NCBI GenBank assembly: GCA_030740765.1
Contig: JASLWR010000011.1
Span: 1,595 to 65,594 of the forward strand
Length of the DNA: 64,000 bases
Source of the DNA: Thermoplasmatota archaeon
GTDB taxonomy: Archaea; Thermoplasmatota; Penumbrarchaeia; JASLWR01
Direction: 5' to 3'
In this document: positions 1-9,700 of the stretch, piece after piece
Position numbering within the stretch: position 1 is the stretch's first letter
How the letters are laid out: each line of letters begins with the position of its first letter
Notes under the pieces: generated by a model
What the model was told of the DNA's origin: nothing
What the model saw: the letters and a program-made list of their open reading frames with translations, nothing else
The model's database searches: none
Position numbers and translations under genes: made by a program

Positions 1-363
1 AAAATACCCGCCGACGTTAGAATCGATGACAGAGCCGGTTGTAGGTGATATACATGTTACAATGCTCTTACCGCTGCCTGGGTACATGGTGGTACCTCCC
101 AAGGGGCCGGAAGCAATGGCAATGTCGTTCTCGGGATCATTCCACTCGATGGTTCTGTCGAACGGAAGTGAGTTCCACATTAGCCAAAGGTCAAAACCCT
201 TGCCTCCGGTAAACACATCCTTCATTCCCGGGGTCACTCCTTTCTCACTTATGGTACGCTCCGAGAGGTTAATGTACAATGTCCTGTTCGCGTATCCATT
301 GATAATGGGACTTTCATCGAAATCAAATCCCGCCAAATTCCTTCGTTCATAATCTTTCTCCAT
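1..363 (-). CDS. aor: aldehyde:ferredoxin oxidoreductase (AOR family), N-terminal 121 codons; the gene continues past the window start
   Basis: Absent from the ORF track because it runs off the edge. The reverse complement of 1-363 is stop-free from ATG (363-361): MEKDYERRNLAGFDFDESPIINGYANRTLYINLSERTISEKGVTPGMKDVFTGGKGFDLWLMWNS...PENDIAIASGPLGGTTMYPGSGKSIVTCISPTTGSVIDSNVGGYF. The pattern R.L.INLS / GG+G / PEN..A.GPL.GT / SP.TG...SN.GGYF matches the N-terminal domain of tungsten AOR enzymes, from memory of P. furiosus AOR. Confidence 0.85.
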   Translation of the reverse strand, partial: MEKDYERRNLAGFDFDESPIINGYANRTLYINLSERTISEKGVTPGMKDVFTGGKGFDLWLMWNSLPFDRTIEWNDPENDIAIASGPLGGTTMYPGSGKSIVTCISPTTGSVIDSNVGGYF

Positions 364-681
364 GGTCACCATCTCCGTGAAAACAAACCGGATGAATACT
401 ACCGCTCATTTTGGGAAGCAATCCGGTATATCTCTCGTTCATTAATAAAATTTTTTTTAATTTTTTTTTTAACCCATGGCCTCTCTTATCAAAGAGGAGG
501 AAAATAGCTAAGTCGAATATAAATCAATAATAATTGGTCCATAAATATGTGGGTAATAACGTATAAACCGGAACCCCGATAAGGACGTTTTGCAAGGTTC
601 CAGTTTGCCTTCGACCATTATTGCTCCTACCAGTAAATATAAAAGATATAATTAAATATCCTTTTCCAGTTAATTAAGTGA

Positions 682-3600
682 ATGGCAGTGAAAAGACAAT
701 TAACATCAATTCTATTGATCCTGTGCCTTTTCACGTCCTACATGGTACTCTGCGATCCAAACAGAGAGGCTTTTGAAGCTGGAATCTTCGAAGAATACAA
801 CATCACCAAGAATGAGATTCCTCTTATAGAGAACAATAGCCGGAACCAGCCAAGGGATATGTCAGAGATCCCCGCTAGAGTTGCTGCTGCAAATGCCCGC
901 CGGGAAATAATCGATGAGAGCTGGGGAAATCTTATGAAGGATCCTGAACAGCTATGCGGCGGGGTGCTTGAGTATGATAACCATTCCTCTTCATACCTGC
1001 TGAATTCTGGCGGTTTAATAAACATTAGTCTCAAGGCCCTTATAATAAACGGGAGCATAACTGTTTCGGACGGGACGGATGTAGTTATGGAAAACGTAAC
1101 CATTTATTTCAATTTCGCCGGGACCGACCCTTATATTTCCGTGATAGGCGGTTCTTCCCTCACTCTCAGAAACGTTACGGTGGATTCGGACGTACCGGTC
1201 CGTATTTACAGTGAGAGATCAAATATAACCATGGAGAATACCTTTGTCAACAAGGTCAAGGGTAACGATGTTATACTCGGAAATTTGACCATGGACAACA
1301 GCTATATTGCAGGTCTCGAGGATACCTTCGTTATTGACCGGTCGCTTTTCGAGCTCAGGGAAGGGCACATAAACGGAAGCTCCACGGGAGTCGTCAGGTT
1401 CGTCGATTCCGTTTTTTACATTTCAAACAGCGCAGTTTCTAACATCAATGGGTTGAATGCAAGGTCCACCTCTACCGGTGAGATCAGGGATTCAATGTTT
1501 TACAACAACAAGAACGCAATTTTCAGTAATGGCCAATTCAAGATATCTGAAAATCTTACCATACATAACACAAGCTTCCTTGGTAACGAAAGGGATATAA
1601 TCGGATTTCAGATCGACGTAGAGGTCCGGGATTGTATATTCGCCAACAGCACCGAAAAGACTATCGGAGATTCGGACGGGAGAAGCAGGGGGAACCGGGG
1701 AGTCAACCGCGATGACCCAATAGCCAGTTTTGTCATGAACGATAATATCTTTTATAACAACTCTTTTCTGGAATTTGCTTCAGTTAACCTGACCACTGCC
1801 GGAAATGTGTACTATGATTCACGTGAAGGATATGATATCTATGATTGTAACGTTTTCATGAAAGATGAGACCTTCTTCAAGGAGATTCAACAGGGCCTAC
1901 AAGTCAACGATGTAAGAGATTCTGATGCCATTCTCGAAGAACTCACCTTCACCAATTGGTACAGCCCCATTTCTGCCACGGACTCTAATATTGACGCAAC
2001 GGCGTGTGTCTTCGATTACTGTTCCAAGGGATTCGATCTCAGCATGAACAAACCTGACTTCGATATTTCTCTAACTTCCTGCACTTTCTCAAATTGCTAT
2101 ATTCCCATCACGATTGACGGGAGTGGTGGAGTTGTCAATATAGAAAAGCTGGCTGTTATCGACTGCTCCCATGCAGTTGATATCTACTATTCCGACGTCA
2201 TTATGGATGATGCGCTCATTATCACGAGCGGGTGGAACCTCAGAACGCAGCACGCTCTGGTTAATGCAATGAATATGACCATGGATGTTACCAAAACAAC
2301 CATTGGGACCGATTCCACGTTGAACATCTTGTTGGAGATGGAATTGCTTCTTCTGGATTACGAAGATCAACCGCTATCTGGCGTTTTTATAGATGTGGAA
2401 GAGATCGGCGGAGGTCCATCGTATTTATTAAAGAGCGATGATAACGGGATAGTTGAAATGATGCTAATAAATATTACAAAAGAGTCAAGCGGAACGATAT
2501 ATTACGATGTCTATCGGATTTATCATGAATCTGAACAATGGGGTTATCTTTATGAAGAAGTGAATATCGAGAATGGAGAATTTCTCATTTTGAGAATCGG
2601 TTTTTCCGACCTTGCCATCACCAGTTTCGAACAAAGCAATGAAGAACCATATCACGGGATGGACATGACAACCACCGTGTGGGTAAAGAACCTCGATCTG
2701 ATGCCGACAGTTGACTTGAAGGTATATTTTTACATGGATTTCGATGTGAAAGAGCAGCGCTACATCCCGGCACTCGGCCCCAATGAGAGTGCGGAGATGA
2801 TATTCGGTTGGAAAGCACTTCAGGGGGGTCAGATGCTGGGGATTCACGTCGATCCTTTGAACGAAATATTCGAATCAAATGAAACTAACAATTATTTTTC
2901 GGAATTTGTACAGGTGATCGCCGAGCCGGAAAAACCTATGGCGCATCTGGTGATGAGCTTAAACAAGATCCTTGTGGGTGAGAAGGTAGTTTTCAACGCA
3001 TCAGGCTCCACGACAGGCACGCCGGAGATCCAGTACAATTATTATTTCGGCGATGGTAATAACAGCGGGTGGGTGAACTACCCGGAAGTGGTGCGTACAT
3101 ATAACCAGACAGGTCTTTTCTTTCCATTCTGCAAGGTTAGAGACGGGTATGACAGAATAAGCTCCAATTCATCAGACCTGATCCTGGAAGTAATGGAACC
3201 GCCGCCACCGCCAAAAAGACCAATCGCCCATATTGCCCCTCCCTTCTATACAACCGAATTCATCACAGTTGAATCTCTAATCACATTCTCACCGGTTGGA
3301 TCCTATTCTCCGGACGAGGCAGAGATCATCAATTATAAGTGGGATTTTGGCGACGGGGAGATTATAGAATCGATGAATAATACTGCAACCCCACACAAGT
3401 ACGAAGACGATCTTAATTACACTGTTTCCCTGGTAGTTACGGATTCCCGAAACCTGGATTCACTCCCGGCCACGGTCCGGATCAACGTTGTGAACCTTCC
3501 ACCAAAGGCAGTGGCGTGGCTTAAACCCGCAAGTGTAAAGGAGGGGGGAAAGGTGTTTTTCAGCTCTATCGGCACCACCGACCCCGATGATAATCCGGAT

Positions 3601-4785
3601 ACAGAACTAATTTACGAGTGGATATTCCCCAATGGAACAATAATATCAGGTAAGATGATCAGCAAGATATTCGACGAAAGCGGAGATTTCGATATTACAT
3701 TCAGGGTAACTGACGATGACAACGGTTCCGATATTAAGAATCTGTTCTTTTCTGTTATTGAGGGAGAAAACGGAACGGTGGTTAAGAACGGGTCCGGCGA
3801 AGATAAAGGTATATTTGCTGCTTGCTGGGATTTCATCATCGATTACTGGCTATGGTCCTTGTGTATTCTCGTTGTAGTGCTATTTGCAAGTTCGATTTTT
3901 ATTAGAACGAGATTTCAAAGCAAGAAATCGAGATACCGAAAACTGATGGTAGAGCAGAAAGGTCTCGAGGAAAGGATAAGGGAGAAAGAGGTGAAAAGAT
4001 CGTACAAGGAAGCAGAGAAAAAGATTAAAAAGAGGATATTATCCGGTGAGAGGATCGATTTCACGGTGAGCGATGGGGAAGTGCCCAGTTATGATGATGA
4101 CATAGAATATTACGGCCTTGATAATGTGTTGGAGTATGATGGGAACATGGGAATTGGGGTTGTTGGTGTTCCCGTCGATCACGACGATTATGAAGAAGAT
4201 GAATATTATAATGTGGAGGAGTATGTCGATCATGAAGAGGAAAATTATTTCCAAGATGATGAATATGAAGATGAATCTGAAGATAGAGATGATGTGGATT
4301 TTCGAGACTACGACGACGAAGATGAAGAGGGAATGGAAACGGACCATTTAGATTTTCAGGGCGATGATTACGATGAAGAAAGCGATCCTGACTTAGAAAC
4401 GGACGACGTGGATTTTCAAGACGACAACTACGACGACGACGATGATGGGGGAATGGAAACGGATCATGTAGATTATCAAAGCGATGACTACATAGAAGAA
4501 GATGATCAGGGCTTAGAACCGGACGACGTGGATTTCCAGGACGACTACTACAATGAGGAAGATGATAGGGGGATGGAAATGGAAGACCCTGAAGACACTG
4601 GCAATAATGAAAATGAGATTGAGGATAGCGATTTTGAGGTTATGGTAAATGATAGTGCTAATGGTGACGATAGGGATAGTCATTATGAATTTAGAGTAGA
4701 AAAAGGGGCGGGTGTAAAATCTGAAAGAACCGGTATTAAACAGAATGAAGAAGACGATGATTGGAACTGGACGGAAGATCAATAA
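682..4785 (+). CDS. giant surface protein: signal peptide, parallel beta-helix repeats, CARDB-like domain, three PKD-like domains, one TM helix, hyperacidic cytoplasmic tail
   Basis: 1367-aa ORF. N-terminal signal LTSILLILCLFTSYMVLC. Many short N-x-S/T-rich beta-helix-like repeats. CARDB-like end motif DPLNEIFESNETNN. PKD signatures YNYYFGDGNNSGW, YKWDFGDGE, YEWIFPNGT. TM WLWSLCILVVVLFASSIFI followed by RTRFQSKKSRYRK, then about 300 aa rich in D/E. Confidence 0.85.
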   Translation: MAVKRQLTSILLILCLFTSYMVLCDPNREAFEAGIFEEYNITKNEIPLIENNSRNQPRDMSEIPARVAAANARREIIDESWGNLMKDPEQLCGGVLEYDNHSSSYLLNSGGLINISLKALIINGSITVSDGTDVVMENVTIYFNFAGTDPYISVIGGSSLTLRNVTVDSDVPVRIYSERSNITMENTFVNKVKGNDVILGNLTMDNSYIAGLEDTFVIDRSLFELREGHINGSSTGVVRFVDSVFYISNSAVSNINGLNARSTSTGEIRDSMFYNNKNAIFSNGQFKISENLTIHNTSFLGNERDIIGFQIDVEVRDCIFANSTEKTIGDSDGRSRGNRGVNRDDPIASFVMNDNIFYNNSFLEFASVNLTTAGNVYYDSREGYDIYDCNVFMKDETFFKEIQQGLQVNDVRDSDAILEELTFTNWYSPISATDSNIDATACVFDYCSKGFDLSMNKPDFDISLTSCTFSNCYIPITIDGSGGVVNIEKLAVIDCSHAVDIYYSDVIMDDALIITSGWNLRTQHALVNAMNMTMDVTKTTIGTDSTLNILLEMELLLLDYEDQPLSGVFIDVEEIGGGPSYLLKSDDNGIVEMMLINITKESSGTIYYDVYRIYHESEQWGYLYEEVNIENGEFLILRIGFSDLAITSFEQSNEEPYHGMDMTTTVWVKNLDLMPTVDLKVYFYMDFDVKEQRYIPALGPNESAEMIFGWKALQGGQMLGIHVDPLNEIFESNETNNYFSEFVQVIAEPEKPMAHLVMSLNKILVGEKVVFNASGSTTGTPEIQYNYYFGDGNNSGWVNYPEVVRTYNQTGLFFPFCKVRDGYDRISSNSSDLILEVMEPPPPPKRPIAHIAPPFYTTEFITVESLITFSPVGSYSPDEAEIINYKWDFGDGEIIESMNNTATPHKYEDDLNYTVSLVVTDSRNLDSLPATVRINVVNLPPKAVAWLKPASVKEGGKVFFSSIGTTDPDDNPDTELIYEWIFPNGTIISGKMISKIFDESGDFDITFRVTDDDNGSDIKNLFFSVIEGENGTVVKNGSGEDKGIFAACWDFIIDYWLWSLCILVVVLFASSIFIRTRFQSKKSRYRKLMVEQKGLEERIREKEVKRSYKEAEKKIKKRILSGERIDFTVSDGEVPSYDDDIEYYGLDNVLEYDGNMGIGVVGVPVDHDDYEEDEYYNVEEYVDHEEENYFQDDEYEDESEDRDDVDFRDYDDEDEEGMETDHLDFQGDDYDEESDPDLETDDVDFQDDNYDDDDDGGMETDHVDYQSDDYIEEDDQGLEPDDVDFQDDYYNEEDDRGMEMEDPEDTGNNENEIEDSDFEVMVNDSANGDDRDSHYEFRVEKGAGVKSERTGIKQNEEDDDWNWTEDQ
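4291..4587 (+). repeat. in-frame tandem repeat encoding acidic units D(V/L)DFQ.DDY(D/E)n-G(M/L)E.D
   Basis: Peptide repeats read directly: DVDFRDYDDEDEEGMETDHLDFQGDDYDEESDPDLETD / DVDFQDDNYDDDDDGGMETDHVDYQSDDYIEEDDQGLEPD / DVDFQDDYYNEEDDRGMEMED. The nucleotide units are correspondingly similar (gacgtggattt(t/c)ca(a/g)gacgac...). Confidence 0.85.
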
Positions 4786-4870
4786 AAGTTTGCGACCCCA
4801 TTCAGCACAATTGCCGCAATTCATGCATTACGGGAAAAGAATTTATTAATTATATTACGATGTGGTGACC

Positions 4871-5887
4871 ATGAACTGGGTTTCCGCACCGGGCAAGGTC
4901 ATTCTTTTTGGTGAACATGCAGTGGTATACGGAGAGCCGGCGGTGGCGGTGGCTGTGAATGCCAGGATGAAAATGGGTGTCGAGAAGGGAGATAGGAACA
5001 CAGTGAACGGTTATCCGCTTACAAGACACCACCATTCATATATTCACACTGCACTCCAGGAATTCTGGGACGACTCTCCTCTAAAATTCAAATTGGAATC
5101 CGGTATCCCATCCTCATCCGGAATGGGTTCATCGGCGGCATTGTCAGTCTGCACCTCGTTCCTTGTGAGTATATTGAAAAGGAAAGCAACGGGGAAACCT
5201 GTGAAAGTTCTGGGCAAGGTGCTCAAGCGGGGAATCGGTGATGACACCCGAAATAAATTGGAAGCACTTATCGCGAATAGAGCATTTTCCATAGAATACA
5301 ATGCCCAGGGCGGTGCATCACCTATAGATACGTCGGTTGCAACACACGGCGGGGGGGTGATTCTCCGACGGGTGGAGGGTGAAAATTTTCTATGGGAAGC
5401 CTCAAGAGAAGAAAAGAGCTGGAATATTCATCACATGGATGTCCCTGATTTGACGCTTATTCTGGGGAATACGGGAATTAGAGCGAGAACGGATCGTCAG
5501 GTTAGCAAGGTCAGGAGATTCGTTGAGAAGAATTCCTTTGGGATGGAGATAATTGAAGAGATAGGAGAAGTTGTGGAGAACGGTATCGAAGCCATAGCGA
5601 GGAACGACCCCGAACGTATAGGCGAAGTGATGAATGAGAACCATCGGCTGCTGGCAATACTCGGTGTCAGCCATCCCGTCATCGAAAAGTTATTGAGGAC
5701 AGTGCGAAGACATTCCTACGGCGCGAAATTGACCGGGGGCGGTGGTGGTGGGAGCTTCATCGCCATAAGCCACGAGCCGGAGAAGGTGATCAAATCCCTG
5801 GGGCGATTCAACATTAACGCATTTCAGCTAAGACTGAACCAGAAGGGAGTATGTCTGGAAAATTCGGAGAAATCCAAAGGATCATGA
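4871..5887 (+). CDS. mvk: mevalonate kinase
   Basis: GHMP kinase motifs: N-terminal APGKVILFGEHAVVYG, motif II GIPSSSGMGSSAAL, motif III KLTGGGGGGSFIAI. The ATG at 4871 is preferred over the GTG at 4862 used by the ORF track. Confidence 0.9.
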   Translation: MNWVSAPGKVILFGEHAVVYGEPAVAVAVNARMKMGVEKGDRNTVNGYPLTRHHHSYIHTALQEFWDDSPLKFKLESGIPSSSGMGSSAALSVCTSFLVSILKRKATGKPVKVLGKVLKRGIGDDTRNKLEALIANRAFSIEYNAQGGASPIDTSVATHGGGVILRRVEGENFLWEASREEKSWNIHHMDVPDLTLILGNTGIRARTDRQVSKVRRFVEKNSFGMEIIEEIGEVVENGIEAIARNDPERIGEVMNENHRLLAILGVSHPVIEKLLRTVRRHSYGAKLTGGGGGGSFIAISHEPEKVIKSLGRFNINAFQLRLNQKGVCLENSEKSKGS

Positions 5888-5899
5888 TGAAGTGATAAA

Positions 5900-6565
5900 A
5901 TGAACATAGCAAGACCCATACTGGCCCCCTCGATCCTTTCCGCCGACTTCTGGAACCTGGGGAATGACATAGCGGCAGCTGAAAAAGCCGGTTTAAAATG
6001 GCTACACATAGACGTTATGGACGGACATTTCGTCCCCAACATCACCATCGGCCCTCTGGTGGTCAAGGCCATTGCCAATAGATCGTCGCTGTTCAGGGAC
6101 GTACACCTAATGATAGAAAAACCAGGTGATTACCTGGATGCCTTTATAGACGCTGGCGCTCATCTCATCACAGTCCACAGTGAGAGTTCCTGCGAGCTGC
6201 CCGATATGATCGGGAGGATACGGGAAAGAGGTATCAAAGCTGGAGCGGCTGTTAGCCCTGACACACCTGTCTCAGTCCTAGAGGAATCGCTGAAGGACCT
6301 CGATCTCGTTCTCGTAATGAGTGTGCACCCTGGTTTCGGGGGGCAGAGCTTCATTCCCGGCTCCCTCGATAAAATCAAAGAACTTAAGACGGAGATCGTG
6401 AGGCAGGGGGCCGAAACACTCATAGAGGTAGATGGAGGTATCAACGTCACCACAATCCGCGCAGCCCACGGAGCGGGAGCGGACGTTTTGGTGGCAGGAA
6501 GTGCTATCTTCAACGACAATGCGAATGTAGTGGAAAATGTTTCCCGGCTATTAAAGGCTCTTTGA
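5900..6565 (+). CDS. rpe: ribulose-phosphate 3-epimerase
   Basis: ILAPSILSADF...WLHIDVMDGHFVPNITIGP...VHLMI...MSVHPGFGGQSFI...EVDGGI are the canonical Rpe TIM-barrel motifs. Length is 221 aa. Confidence 0.95.
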   Translation: MNIARPILAPSILSADFWNLGNDIAAAEKAGLKWLHIDVMDGHFVPNITIGPLVVKAIANRSSLFRDVHLMIEKPGDYLDAFIDAGAHLITVHSESSCELPDMIGRIRERGIKAGAAVSPDTPVSVLEESLKDLDLVLVMSVHPGFGGQSFIPGSLDKIKELKTEIVRQGAETLIEVDGGINVTTIRAAHGAGADVLVAGSAIFNDNANVVENVSRLLKAL

Positions 6566-6722
6566 ACCGTCTTCTCGGATGGCTTTTCGAACCCGTAATT
6601 TATTTTTAATATCAGTTAAATCCTCATCAAAATGACAACGGAACCTCAAAAATACGATAAAAAAAAGGAAATATAATTAAAAACAATGAGATAAATAGTA
6701 CTAGACAACCCGGGGAATTCAT

Positions 6723-9700
6723 ATGGATCGAATTAGCAGTAGGTTTGGTATTTGTATTTTAGTCGCGTTGCTCGTAATTTTCGTGGGCATTATCCCGCAG
6801 GAACTATTAAATCGGAATGAAACGTCCGAGATCACAGCGAGAACTGGCCTTCCCAAGGGGTTTACAGGCACCAGGGACGTGACCGAGGTCTCGGTTGCCA
6901 ATATAGCTTACGAAGGGGGCATCGGAGGTTGGGAGCTCACCGAAGCTGGTCGCTATGGTAACTACAGTATCGGTTTAGTTGGAAAGACCACCCGGTTCAC
7001 AGTGACAGTGAACAATAACTTGCAAAATGCAATCAACAACGTCGATATTTATTTCGAGATATGGACCGCAAACACAACCCAGAACTTCCAGATCAGGGAA
7101 GTTTACAATACGACGGGGACAATTGCCAACATCGCCGGGGGTGGCGCCGCGAACGTGATCTTCCCGTACAAATTTCTTTTCTCTTTCCTTTACAATATAA
7201 CGGCAAGCGTGAACGTCACTGGGGACAGTGACAGGAGCAATGACCGATTTTCAATGGACGGGTGGGCGAATAAATGGGCGGACGACTGCGAGCAGGGGGG
7301 CGGAACGTGGACCCCCATGGCCAGAATGGGCGGTCCCGATACGTGGCATCGTGTGAATAATCCCTTGAATCCCACCGGAGACCACACGCAGGATTGGGCG
7401 TGGTACATGGGTGGGGACAACGGTCAGTACGAAAACAACATCGATGTGGAGCTTATCTCGCCTGAATTCGACCTTTCCCGCATGTATTCTTCATGGTCCG
7501 ATCTGACATATCAACCCACCTATGGGTTCAAGATGGTGGGAGCTAGGAAGGATAACGAAGATAAGTTCTACATAGACGACTTGAGCTATGATAATTTTGG
7601 CAATGTCAGGAACGTATTCACCAATCCCGGGGAAATCGGGACTTTCAGCACTTGGTCGTTCATGAGGTGGTACAGCGATCTGAACCGCAACGGGCAGGAG
7701 GATCCGGACGAGCCCAAAGGTCTCGGGGTGCCCATGAACGGATTCTATGGCAGCCAATGGCGGACGATGCGATTCAGATTTCGATTCACTTCCGATGCAG
7801 CTGGGGTCGGCAGCGGTTACTACGTTGACGACATCATCCTCTATGGACTGGAAAGCTACGTTGAGGATACGACACCGCTTCCAAAAATCGAAAACGTAGT
7901 CACGTGGGACCGCCAGTTCGATGGAGGCGGGCATATGTACGTGCGCTGGGACAAATGCACAAAGTGGGACTTCGAAAGATACGACCTATACGCCGACACG
8001 TCCCCTATCACCAACGTATCGGGAATGACCCCCATAATCTCAAACATAACCGATGGGGGTAATACCACTCACCTGATCAAGGAGATAGGGGGAACACCCC
8101 TGATCGATGAAAAGAAATACTACTTTGCCGTCACAGTAACTGACATATGGGGTAATGTGAATCCGGAGGTAATAAACGGGTCCGGCGAATGCTTGGACAA
8201 TCCTCCCGTTGGTGTCACCGGTCTCAACGGGGACGATGTATCTGAAGATGAGGGCTTCAACGTGAAAATAGAATGGAACCCAAACACCAGCCCCGATTTC
8301 AGTTATTACAATGTATATATAAGTGACGAGCAGATAGTGTCTCTCACTGGGCTGGAACCGGTGGCTACCGGGGTGCAAGCGACCAATATGACCTTCTCAA
8401 ATCTAAGCAACGGCCAGGGATACTTCTTCGGAGTCACAAGCATAGACGAATCAATTCCCGGCATTGAGAACGATACCATCACCCCTCAGAATATTATCGG
8501 CCCGATAATCCCTATAGACAATCTTCCTCCTGAAAAGGTAACGAATGTTATCGCTACCGATACGCCTAATGACGGCGGGAGCAGCCTCCATGTATCCTGG
8601 GACACGTGTACCGCACCGGATTTCGACCAGTACAGAGTCTATGTGGACAACGAGAAAATAAAAAACATCGACCTGTTGCCGGTGGAGATCGACAATATCT
8701 CTGAGAATCACACGATCGTCAAGACCATGAACTCCAACAAATTACTGGATGAAACGGATTACTACATCGCTGTTGTAGCAGTGGACATTTCGGGAAATTA
8801 TCTAAAAGAAGTGGTCTCGTCGTCACCGGCGGAAAGTTTGGAGAACATAGCTCCGGTGCCCATAACGGTGAGAAACGCATCGGACAGACCAGAAGACGAG
8901 GGGAGCGTTATTATAGTAAAGTGGTGGAGCTCGTCAGATTCCGATTTCGACCATTACAATATCTACATTGCTAACAGTTCCTTTGAAAGGGTGGACGAGA
9001 TGGAAGTGCAGGTGACTGTAGACGACATCAGCACCGAGGATACCGAGATATACAAGCACGGCACCAAACCCCTGATAAATCTTTACGAGCAATACTGGGT
9101 AGCTGTAACGGCCGTTGACCGACTGGGGAATGAGAATTTTTCGGTGATCAGTTTTGGTCCGGTGGTGTGCAGAGAAAACACAGCTCCGGAGCTGATATAT
9201 ATAAGTGAAATGTACGACACCCCTAACGACAGCGGGAACTCAATAACCGTAGAGATCGAGAAAAGTATAGAAGAAGACGTGGTGGCCTACGAGATCTATG
9301 TTAGGAGAACAAAATTCGACGATGTTCGGGGGAAAAAGCCTGAAGCAGTGATCGATGCCGTTGGCTGGAACGGTTCCACCATAATTACCGAGATCAGCAC
9401 AATGAACGGTGAGCCTTTAGAGAACGAACGGGACCATTATATAGCTGTCTCCGCAATAGACCTCTCCGGGAACCAGGACAAAAATGAGGTGAAGTCCTAC
9501 GGGCCAGTGAGATGCTGGGAGAACGTGGCGCCGGAAAGGGTCAAGGGCCTGATTGTGTACGACAAACCCGGAGATGCCGGAGGGGTGCTTTCCGTCCAAT
9601 GGAACCAGAGCATGGAAGCGGATTTCGCGTATTACGAGATATTCGTTTTCGATCACAAGGCCCCAGAGATAAAAACACTGCATATACCCTTCAAGGTCTA

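Noticed and set aside
26-352. 108-aa plus-strand ORF at the window start
   Set aside because: It lies exactly antisense to a stop-free minus-strand frame with clear AOR N-terminal motifs. Its own peptide has no recognisable features, so it is a shadow ORF.
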